A stretch of 64,000 nt of DNA from Toensbergia leucococca (Eukaryota): NCBI GenBank assembly GCA_022813965.1, contig JALDZS010000018.1, positions 124,001 to 188,000 of the forward strand. Direction: 5' to 3'. The notes below the pieces were generated by a model. The model saw only the letters and a list, made by a program, of their open reading frames with translations, had not been told where the DNA came from and made no database searches. Below, piece by piece: positions 38,980 through 50,269 of the stretch. Within the stretch, counting starts at the first letter, position 1, and each line of letters starts with the position of its first letter. The position numbers and the translations under genes are program-made.

Positions 38980-40260
38980 TTAGGGACAGGTTGATACGCA
39001 TATTCCCTTGGACACAGCCTCCCACGTACATGACGCCAATTCCGCCGCCGCCGACGAATCCATCGCCCCCTCCCTCTGCTCAAAAACCGTAACGTTTACT
39101 TCGGGCGGAAGGGCGTTCAGACCCGTCACACCTGCACTCTGTCTCCTTTGGTTGCGGCCGCTCGTCGTTTGCCACGAAGAGCTGGAATAGGCCCGACCGC
39201 CTCTGGGATTCTGGTATGGGGCCTCCACGCACATGTTTATCAGCGTTGAGAGCGCGATGCGGATTTGTGCCCAGGTGAGGATGATGGACACGGCGGCTGA
39301 GATGGCGAGGTAGCAGGTGTTGGAGTGCAGGAATGTGGTCAATCCGGGGCCGACGGCTAGGGTGTCGGATGCAGGAGGGAGCTGGCTCCATTCGAGCTGC
39401 GTGCAGTCGACCACGGACGGTGCGCCGAGATTGGCATCGCATTGATAGGTCATGTGAGTGGTGGTGGTGATGGGAAATATCTGCTTGTACCAGGGGTTGA
39501 CCCCGCCTCGGGTCATCATCTCCGCCTGGTTCATCCACACCTGCGTAGCGGACAAGCCGTCGCGTCTGCCGGGCCTGTTGGCGGACACGGCCGCTTGTGC
39601 GAGCGCCAACGGAATGGCTGGATCGGTGCGGCCGGGGTGCAGACCTGAAGATCGCGAGCTCCGTGCGCTCACGGTGAGGAAGTAGATCGTTTCGGGGAAC
39701 GAGTAACGGTTGTATGGCGTCCAGCCCTGCGCAGCGTAATCCGTCAGAGTCCTTATCCCGAGCGTGCCGAAGCCGCCCATCCCCCGTCGTAGCGTTACAC
39801 ATTGCTGGATGACTCTCGCGGCCAGGCTCCTGACGTCGTCTGGAATCACCGAAACGCCTGTGAGTGTATTCCTTGGGTTGCGCCAGTTGCGTTTGTGTAT
39901 GATATCAACCGAGATGGTACAGCCACCTAAGTCGACGGATTCTAAGCCCTGCGACAGAAGAAATTTTTTCTAAATTTGGGGCTGCTTGGCGCTTGGTTCT
40001 TGAAACTTACTGTAGGTAATCTGGAATGGCAGTCTGTACGGCGAATCTATGCTGCCGGTTAAGAGCCATTGGACTGGGGAACTTCCTGTTGGCAGATGAG
40101 TGTGTGCTGCTAGTAAGCATCCAAGCACTGGGAGATTATATCCGTAAACAGGGTCGCAGATAATGAAGTCGGGTGGGGTGGGGAGAGGTAAGATAGGTTC
40201 TCCGGGTAGGGCCATTAATTGCGGTAAGTATCTCGCAGCGATGAAGAGGTGACTTGTCAT
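38980..40260 (-). CDS. Cysteine-patterned hypothetical protein with two tandem KP4/Ecp2-like modules (effector candidate)
   Basis: ICDPVYG...GC...LPFQITY|SGCTISV...VIQQCV...MGG, then QCDANLGAPSVVDC...NTCYLAI...LINMCV...RGG. One GT-AG intron near 39.93-40.01 kb. Confidence 0.6.
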
Positions 40261-40857
40261 ATGGAGGACATGATTCCTTTCTGCACTCGTGATACAGCAT
40301 TGAAAAGGGATGACTCGCTGCAGACAGAGCAGTCAAACTCAGTCTCATAGCGCGGCTATACTGAATGGAGCGCCAGAACGTTCTAAAACTTGTCTCCGTA
40401 TCCATGTGACCCGCTCAGTTTCAACGATCTGGAATTGTCTGATACTGAAGTAGCATTCTGGCTGTCTCGACTTATAGTGCCGCGCCATCATTCACCAGGA
40501 CGGAGTATGATAATGATACCGGGGGACATAGGCACATATACATCGTGAGTTATACCGCTTTGCAATTGAGATACTAGACGAATCACCGCGAACATTGCAG
40601 ACAAGTGTATGCGCAAGCTAGATCGACAGCCGACGATGAGTGATGAAGGCGAAAAACGAGCTGAAAGGAAGATTTCAGTAAGTCGAAATAAGAAGGGGCA
40701 TTGCTGTAAGTAATTCGATCTTGGCAACACAAAAGAGGTCAATATATATTCCAGACCTCAGCGAGCAACAGAATAAAGCCCTGTAAAGTGGTAGTACTCT
40801 TTCAATATCCATCGTTGAACAAGGCCGTTGTCTCCATCTTATCTACTAGTCTGGGCA

Positions 40858-42503
40858 TTACCATCTTTTTCGGAATATGCTCCCCATGCTACTTGACTTG
40901 CTCTGATTTTGCGCTTTGAGCGCTCCCGGGATGTTCTTCACTGTGTTTAGTCTGTCGTCATCAAAACGCATCGTGATCAGCTGGCTTGGCTGAATGACTT
41001 TCTCGTAGGTTTGGGGACGAATCTCCAGACCGGGTTGGCCGTAGATTGTGCCGTATAACGTGAATGGCTTGAATAAAGGGCCACTTTCTCCCCGCGGCAG
41101 AGGGAGAAAATATATGTCGTCAGTCCCATAGACATCTACTAAGAGTACATACAGCCCCTGTTTGTTACGTCCTTTAGCACACGTTTTCGATACTGGTAGG
41201 GAATCAGGCCTATTGCCATACTCACTTCATAAGTTTGACACTGCCCGAATGGAAACTCAAACAAAAAACCACGAGAATCTTGTAACTTCAAGACCTGGCT
41301 TGCAAGGGAAGATCCGATAGATTCTAAAGGCGGACCTGAATCGGGGGATTTTCCTGACAGTGAGGTGCTTGAAGTTTCACTAGGAGTTTGTCCTGTGCTA
41401 TACTGAGTTTGTTCGTTACTTTTGCGGTTACGATTGGCATCAGTAACTATGAACGTGGTAGACGCATTGTTCCACTTTGCTTCGTTTTGCTGGTCAAGCG
41501 CATAGTCTGCGAATCTGACAGTCCTACGCTGCAGGAAGTCAAGCTTGACATAGAAGTCAAGGGCTCCTTCTAAGAACGCGAATTCTAATTCCTCGGGCAT
41601 CCCAGACTCGTCAAATTCAGGACCATTTGCAGATTTTGGTCGCAACATAAGTGCCATGCTATCTGAGCTAGCATTAGGCTGCTGTGATTGCAACTTGGAG
41701 TGGCCTACAGAAAAACTCGAATGTTGGCCAGAGTCTTGGCCTCCTGTGCTGCCTGTATTTGCTGACGTTGCACCTATTGTAGCTTTCTGATTTTGCGTGA
41801 TTGGTACTGCCACCACACTAGCGGTCGAACTTGATGCAGGTTGTCGGGTCTGATTGATTTGTAGGCTTCCTTGATCTCTATTTCCATCCCGGACTAGGCG
41901 CGCAATATCAAGGTAACCCCCAGTCTGACCTTGCACGTCAGACCTTGTGTTCTCTAAGTGATCTCGAAGCAAATTACTACACGATAATTAGGTTGTCCGG
42001 CTTTGTCCAGTCAAGCTCGCATCCTCTACTTACCGGGCATCTTGAGACTCGTTAGCCTCAACAGCGATAGCGTAGTTCATGCCGGCTAATAGTAAGATTA
42101 AGACGCTTTGTAGTGAGTCCAAAGATTGCTTGTGAGCCGCGAACCTCGACCTCTCGAAGAGCCATCTGATCCTCAGCACGGTATTTCCATAGTGGCTTGC
42201 CGCAAGCTCAGCAAGTGGCTGGAGGACATTCAGCAGAGTCCTGCTATCCTCGACGATATCTTCGCACGATATGACTATTTCCTCCGCCAGGCTTTCAGCG
42301 TCCCGTGTAGCGGCTGATCTACCCTTCAGCGTCTGCCCTAGATTGGACAGAACGCGTGAAAGCGTACCGATCTCTCTAGCGATAGCCTTGATGTCTTTGC
42401 CGGCATTGCCAAATGCTTTTGCAACGTCGTACAAGCCTTTGGAGAGCTGAGCACCGGCTGTGGCAACGGCTATGATGCTGGCAAGTAGACCTATCTCTGC
42501 CAT
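40858..42503 (-). CDS. HeLo-like (fungal STAND N-terminal) domain + S/Q/G-rich linker + C-terminal fungal ubiquitin-like domain
   Basis: Exons 42503-42034, 41976-41226 and 41157-40858. N-terminus MAEIGLLASIIAVATAGAQLSKGLYDV...IAREI...RIRWLF. C-terminus LKLQDSRGFLFEFPFGQCQTYE...EIRPQTYEKVIQPSQLITMRF. Confidence 0.65.
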
Positions 42504-43581
42504 TTCCAAGAAAGCTGTATCAGCGACTTTCGATGCACAATCTGGGGAGTTAGTAGGGTACTTACATCTCAACGTAAGGTAGAGCAAGGATGGTAGCGCT
42601 TAGACACTGCCTTCGAACGCCTTGCTCATTATGGAACAGCAAGGCTGGCTGATGAAACGGACCATTTAAACACAATAGACCTCATAGTATGAAAGGCTAA
42701 GAGGCACATTGTCGATATTGCGGAGTCTGTTCGAGAGAGACAGGAAATCGGATGCACTTTGCTCGGCATGAGAGTAGATTGATAACTCCGTAGAATTAGA
42801 GTATTATAGAATATTAATTACGGCAATGTGGGACAAGCGCCGATTTATTGAATATTTACAAGAATATTCTATCACGACACAAAGCCTTTCTCTCGTCGAC
42901 CACAACATCTTCTCATTGGACGCGACTTGTGTGGCAGAACAATGACGGCAGATACTCAGTACAGCTACCCTCGATTCTCGTCAAGTCCTTTGTACTGCTT
43001 TATCCTCCTCAAAAAAATAATAGACATGCCATAGTGCCGAGATGTAGCATAAATCGCTGAAGCGCTCAAGGCTGCATGCCGACCAAGTGGGAACATCCGT
43101 GGAATTATATATGCACTTATGTGTCGTCTTCGGTCTATTTCTTCGTTCAACTTCGTGACATACTTTCGCCGAATGCGGTAACATTTCTTACTCTGTCTTA
43201 TGACTTAATCATGATGAATGCGTTTGTCAGCTCTGGTCTCGGCGTTTTTTACTCAGGAAGCAAAAAACACGCTCCACCAATGATCCTTGCTTCTCACCGT
43301 CTGCAATACAATCTGCTTCTTGTACTGTCGTCTTCCTTGCTTGACAAATGACTTGCCTATCATTTGTACTATGAAGTCATACCCAAGATGCCCCGTCTTT
43401 CTAAACCAAACTTCCTCTGGTGTAGCAATACTAGAGGCTACTTATTCAACAGAACAACCATTCCCAAGCTCGAAAGCATTGTCGAAAGCATCATGAAATA
43501 CTTTGCGCCGGAATTGCCCCGTATTCCTGGAAAATCACTAAAAACTGTATGATTCGAAGAGACACTAGCTGCCATTGATGA

Positions 43582-45193
43582 AAATCTACCCCAGTTGCTC
43601 TATGTTGCAGCGGATGCATTCTACTTCTCAAGGATGGAGCATCCTGTACTACAAGCCTTCGAACCCTCATCTGCATCTCAAGCACCACAAACGCCTCTAA
43701 TTATGAAAGCCCAGATACCTCTAATACAAATGCTGCGACACCCGAAGTCAATTGCAAAAGGCCTCAGCCTTCAGATAACTTCACTGTCAAACCGCTGGGA
43801 CAGGTCCAATCAATACAAATTACCTCTATTGAGGAACATGGTCCAGTCAACGTCTCTATTGGTTTAGAGTTGCCAATCCCAAATGATTCATCGCCTCCCG
43901 CAATTTTTACAAAAAGGTATGGATCACGCAATCTCCATATTACGACTGCATTGCAGCTTGAACTGGGCTACAATTCACTTATCAGACTTGATACTGCAGA
44001 AAGCGGTGCGATGGTAACCAATCGCGATGAGTTTGAGAGCATGTTTGATATCATCAACATTCCCGCTATATCAAGGATTCTTGCAGTCCTCAAAACTTCC
44101 ACATTATGGAATCATGCAATAGATCGCCGCACTAAGAAAACCCAAGGTGATTTATTTACTTTCATTCAATTTCATATGTTTCATGAACAAGGAAAGCCCC
44201 TTCCCTACCGAGGAAGAGGCCCTCTTTGGTACAACAATTCATGTGCTATCGATGCTTGCACAGTCGCTGCCCGTCTGCTAAACCTAGGAGTTACAATCGC
44301 CGATAAAGGGACTGCGGCATCTCGGTTGGAATGGTTAAATGCTTTACCACCAATAGAGCAGGAAGTTATCAATTTATAACCGATGAAAATTGGGAAGGTT
44401 CCTCCGTTCAACGAATTGGCAACATGCGATCGTTCTGGAGGAGAATTCTGAGTGAATTGAATCATTACACGGCCCACCCGCTTCAAGTAGGAAGTCTACT
44501 ACCTGCGGCAAAGATCTGGGAGACCTGCACGTCAAGCTTTAATCAAATTGCATATGGGAATTACTACCGAAGACGGTGCGGCAAATGTGGTGAGCAATGG
44601 ACTGAGTATAGCATTCTAGGCCATTTCACAGGAGCTCTCAACACCACCATTGTACTCGACGCCATAGATCTGAGATTTCTGAGAGACTTGAAGCCAAAAT
44701 GGGAACAACTAACCGTGGAGCAATTGCTTCGCAGGCATTTTGGGTCAACTCCACCCGATGCATATAGGAAAATCGAGCTTAAAGACTGCAGAAACCGTTG
44801 CAAGGGTATAGTGTCAAGGCAGCGAGTAGTGGTTGATGGCCCGTCGCCACGATTTGCGGTTCTCACCGATGGCAGCTATCAAGGCATGGTTGGGATTGCT
44901 TCTGATCTTGTGCTAATTGGTTGTTCAAGTCCCATTGGTATTACACGTCGGGTGAACTATCGCTGGTGAGGAAGAATTTACGAAGCCGAAGGACATTTTC
45001 GAGTCTGCTGGGTGATAAGAGCGAAATTTCGAAGGTCTATGACGGCAAGTGTCTTGGTGGAGCATTAATTGGTGGCGTACCACCAGATCATCCTGAAGAA
45101 AGGGTTCCTTCTTACTGGTCGAACAACGCCCAGGTCATTTTCTATGACCTGGTCAATGATGACGGCGGAGAAATGGATAAGCCTACAAAGTGA
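43582..45193 (+). pseudogene. Disrupted USP-like (papain-fold deubiquitinase-like) protease gene
   Basis: Cys box GPLWYNNSCAIDA (Cys 44242), CxxC and CxxxC pairs, His box YRW*GRIYEAEGHFRV (His 44994), VYDG (Asp 45041) and VIFYD. Frameshifts at about 44375 and 45010, and an in-frame TGA at 44967. The 5' limit is uncertain. Confidence 0.5.
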
Positions 45194-47376
45194 CAAGCGG
45201 TATCGTGAACGACTTGCCGAACATATCATCGGATCACCAATATGGCATAGAAAGTCCTGCAGATTTGTCACGGTTAGGCGTAGACTTGCAAATACAGAAG
45301 CACTAGGAGAAGAATTAGGAATAGAGACTTGACCATGGGATGGGGAACTCGAGATACCATCAGGAATTAGCGTCCAGACGGAAATCGGACGCTACAGGCC
45401 AGAAGCGTAAGGTGTCTGTGATGGCCGACTTGAATGTTGGGGTAGAAGAGAAATTAGCGAAGCAGCAGTCAGGAGAGTCATTGCCAACGCAGAGCAGCAG
45501 GATGTGGACCCAGGCTGTGTCTCGAAGAAACAAATCAATGCCAGATTAATTCAACGGGAAATGGTAGTGTGATGGTTTTCATAGGTAGATTGATGCGACG
45601 AGATGTTTAATGAGGTCATGCATCTTCCTTTAAACGGAGGATAGGTACTCATGCAATCCATGAGCGATTCCTACAATCACAACAGCGGTGTCACTTTCTT
45701 ACTTCGATCTCCTTTCGAGTGACCAAAGTACAAGCCCGAGACTCGGCCTGTCTTCAAGTGAGACGGACTGGCAGGCCCATGTCTTTTCGTCATTCGTAGT
45801 TGCGAATCCGAAGGTTAGTACTGACAAAGAATCCCCCTCATCTCCTAATTCTCTTACCGCCGAAAGGCCTCATTTCTCATCAGGTGCTGTTCAGGTAGGC
45901 TCAAGCGCCAGTCTAAAAGACTCTCAGACCAGGGCATGATTCTTTCAAAGCGGTAGCGGAGAGCAAGTACTATGACTTTGACCCTGGGTGGAAGGAAATG
46001 CCCTTTAATATCCGTAGCGAGCCAGAAGAAGTCTCGCCTAGGCGCTCGAATCGTCGAATGATCCTGTAGAGTAGGCACGAAATAAGATCGGACCTTATGA
46101 TGTCTCGGCCACGGGACTCGTTGCCCTGCCATGAATCCTAATTTCGATCGTCTGTCCGATATCAGGGGACACTACGGGTATTACGGGTATCATAACGCTC
46201 GGATGCAGAGTGAGTGTTTCCTATCACAACGCCTCACCGGCAGATCCACAGGCACAAATGCTATCGATTGGCTTTCGCACTTGGCATTTCCGACTGAGGA
46301 TGACGCATTCCCGGCGATCAGGCGTGTCGCCCAATAACAAGCGCCCTGAACGAGCTAGGCACTTCTGATTTGGCCAAGTGTCAAGCCACGACACATGCGC
46401 CCATAGCAGTGGGCCCACAAGCGATATTAGAAAATTACTAGACCCGGGTTACTAACGGTAATCAGAGGAATGAGGATCAAGATACAGGGGTTAAGCTTCC
46501 TCTGGGCCCTGATCTGGCTAGCCGAGGATTGAGTGCCGCTTCTTGGTATCGCGTGTGAAAAAATCCTTATTCATGCATTTTGCCATGTTGGTGATTTGGT
46601 AATTAATAGCTACCACTGCTGACTGCTGTGCCTGTATCGGAAGAATGGATTTAGACAATTACTAATTGCTTACATGTTGGTGGTATTGTTGGAACTTTTC
46701 AGAGGAAAGGAATCACCCATCCTCCAGCCTACGATGTTTGGAGATGAGAAAAGCCATACGAAAGTTGAGAAACAAACTTTCAATTTTTGGATGAATTCAA
46801 ACGTCAAGATCTAGAAGATCGAAGTAGGGCGCTAACGTGGCCCAACTGAATGCACCCTGTCAGATTTCCAAGCACCATTTTCAAGCTTCCATCGTTTTGA
46901 AACACCGACTCTGACCGCTTTGCCGTGCAGCACCCTCGACCCCTAATTTCCGATGCAGATTGAAGGGGGGGCACACAACTGAATTTACCCACCAGAAACA
47001 GCAAACCTGCCCAGACTGATGCCACCAGGCCCAGACCTGCCACTCTGCATAGGATCATGGCGTCGATATGTTGCATTACTTTATTACTCGATGCACTTCC
47101 CCCTCTTTCTCAATTCTTGTTCTTTGTCCACCCCTCACACAGCGTTTGTCCAATTGTTCTTGCGGCGTGAAAGAGTCCGAGACTCTCACGCATCACAGTC
47201 CTTTACTTGCTATCCAGTCACTCATTCACACTTTCATTCTTTTAGAATCACCTTCTTTGCTCAGGCATTGCTTGTTGCTACTCTCTCCCTGTGGCAAGCC
47301 TCCTAGATTTGATATCTAGATCATTCTTTCACATTATTCGATAAGCTTGACTTGTCCTATATAAAATACAATCATC

Positions 47377-49623
47377 ATGCGTACCAGCACTTTCAGCACT
47401 ACTGTGCTTGGCTTGATTGCCTCTTTTGGACTTCCTGTATCTGCCAATTGGATTCAATACTATGGCGGCTTGGTCATTGAGCGCGCCGACCCGGTCGTCG
47501 ATCCTGGGAAGGTCTCTGCCCATGGTAAGCTGTCGTTGTCTGTCTTCTGAAAGTAGGGCTAATCTCGCTTGAAGTCCACAACATCGTCGGTGGTAGTGGG
47601 TTCAGTAACGACATGACCTTTGCTGATACCCAAAACTCGGAATGTACGAGTATGGGTTACCCGCAAGATCTTTCCAACTACTGGATTCCTATGCTTTACG
47701 TCAAGCTTAGGAACGGTAGCTTCACCCAAGTCCCACAGGCTTACAGCGACTCCAAAATCTACTACCAGTCAGCCCTCACCCAGCTCCTGTCTAAATATCC
47801 ATTTACTCATGTGGCTTAGGCAACGCCCATATAACTCCTCTGATACTCTCCACGCCTACCCCGAGGGCTTCCGCATGGTTGCCGGCGATACCTTTAGACG
47901 CAGCTTCAGCGGGTCCAACCTTGACACTGCTGCCACGGCCATATCATATGCCTGCGAAGGTGGCGCCGACAATGCTGATGGTATGGTCAACGGGACCTGG
48001 TTCGGTTTCCCCAAGACGGATTGCTCCACCCTTATGCGAGCTCAAGTATACTTCCCGTCTTGTTCAAACGGCGAATTAGATTCTGCCGACCATAAATCAC
48101 ACATGTCTTATTACAAAGATGGAACCACGGCTCCTGATGCGGGAGAATGCCCTGACTCTCACCCTATTCATATGATTTCCCTCTTCATGGAATTCGGCTT
48201 CTCGATCCATAATTTCATCGACGAATGGACTCCGGGTACTGATGATCCGCCGTGGGTTTGGGCCAACGGTGACACAACTGGCTACGGTCTACACGGTGAC
48301 TATGTTCGTGATTCCACTAAATACGTAAATATTTAATTCTAGACTAACAGCCAATAGGTCATGGGCTGGAAAAGTGACGCGGACAAAACCGGCAACGGAA
48401 AGACATCCTTTGAGAACGCTGTTGCAACCTGCCTTGACTCCACAGGCTTCGTCGATTGCCCTGCTTTTTACGGCGGGCTTCAAGACGACAGCACCAAAGA
48501 GGGATGTAAAATCGCTCCTACGGTCGAAGAGCAGGTCGATGGATTCCTGGCCGCACTTCCAGGTTGCAACCCATTGACTTACGGTCCGGCCGAGGTAGTC
48601 CCCGGTGCCTGTAGCCAAGCAACACCTGCTATAGGTGCAGTGGAGTCCTTTACCGACATGACTTCTCAGGGGTGGTCTTACCAAGGCTGCGCCACGGACA
48701 GCTACACTACACGTACCCTTGCCGGTACCTCGGAGAACGTTGCCACTCTCACCGTAGAGGGCTGCATGACCTATTGCGCTTCCAAAGGCTATTCCTACGC
48801 CGGCGCCGAATATGGTACTGAATGCTACTGCGACAATAGTGTCCCCGCCGCCAACGCCCCAGTCGCTGGCATCATTGGCAACTGTAACATGGCCTGTGGA
48901 GGCAGTTCCGGCGAAATCTGCGGTGGTCCTTCGGCTCTCTCGCTCTACAAAAAATGTGCCAGCACAAGCGACTGCTCAAACGTTGTCGCCAATTCTGCCA
49001 GCACCTCGAGCTCCACAACCAGCAGCACAACCTCTTCCAACGACACCACTGCCGACTCCTCATCTTCCTCCTCTTCAGTTCCATCCTCATCAGCAACAAC
49101 CCTCGCCTCCTCCACCCTTTCCTCCGCCACCGCTTCGTCCGCCTCCGCCACCGTCACCCCCAAGAACGACTCCCCCTCCGAGAACCCCATCGCAACGGGC
49201 ACCTCCTCCTCCATCGTCGCCGCCGCCCAAGCGACTTCCACTTCTTCCTCCTCCACCAGCGGCACAGCCCCCACCCTCCCCTCCGGCTGGTCTTCCCTCG
49301 GCTGCTACACCGACAGCGTCAACCCGCGCGCCCTCCCCGTCACGGGCTGGTGGGGCAACGCCACCACCTCCTCCGGCTGCGTCGCCGGTTGCGAAGCCGA
49401 GGGTTACGCCTTCGCTGGCACGGAAAACGCCGGCCAGTGCTTTTGCGGGAACGACTTGGTGCAGAGTGTCAAGACTACTGGGTGCGATTTGCCGTGTACG
49501 GGGGAGGGAGGCGAGATTTGTGGGGCGGCGGGCAAGTTGAGCTTGTTTGGGAAGAAGAGTGTTAGTCGGGTGAAGAGGCATAGGCATCGGGGACGGGCGC
49601 ATGGGGTTGGGGTTGTTTCTTAG
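47377..49623 (+). CDS. Secreted DUF1996 protein with two WSC domains and an S/T-rich linker
   Basis: Signal peptide; ERADPVVDPGKVSAH|VHNIVGG, DLSNYWIP, YPEGFRMVAGD, QVYFPSC, ANGDTTGYGLHGD. WSC motifs (YAGAEYGTECYC, FAGTENAGQCFC). Three GT-AG introns. Confidence 0.9.
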
Positions 49624-50269
49624 GGGATGAGTGGGGGTGGGGGTGTGGGGGAAAAAGTAGAGGGGATTGAGTTTATATCATCACCTACTCTTTGGTTTTG
49701 ATGCTTGATGGATACATATATGCTTTTTTTTCGGTATATGCATGATCTTTTTTTTAGAGAAATGTGGACGGTCGCTACCACCCCCTCCTTTTTGTTATTT
49801 GTGGGAGCGATCTTATTTGCATCTTGAGATTCTTCTTCTTTCTTGTACATAGATTTTTAACGATTTGAGGAAAATAGAAAATTTTCTGGGTTGGTTGGAA
49901 TGATAGAGGGGGGGTTTTGTGTACCTATCTTACGGTCTTTTTTGGATGGTTGAATGACATGACTTTTTTGAAGGGGTTGTTTTGAGCTTGGTTGCGTGCT
50001 CCGTGGTGGCGCACAGTCTTCTGAGTGTCTTTTGTCTTGAGGCTCTCGGATGGCAGCAGATGCATAGGCTCGATAGGTAGAGGTAGGTAGGTAGGTAAGG
50101 TAATGCTGCAAGGTGAAGCGCCAAGACGCAAAACACGTCACCTCGGTCTCAGCCTCACCTCTACGATCGAGTAGCCTTCTTTCTCGACAATTTGTCTTTC
50201 TATATTGAGATCTTAGAACTTACCACATTAGTAGGCTCATGAACATATTGTCTTCTTGTCCTTTGCACC

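Noticed and set aside
41500..41950. Amyloid signalling motif (HRAM, PP or sigma type) in the HeLo-like protein linker
   Set aside because: The linker is Q/S/G/N-rich, but I could not see a clear pseudo-repeat motif, and the NLR has no matching N-terminal motif.
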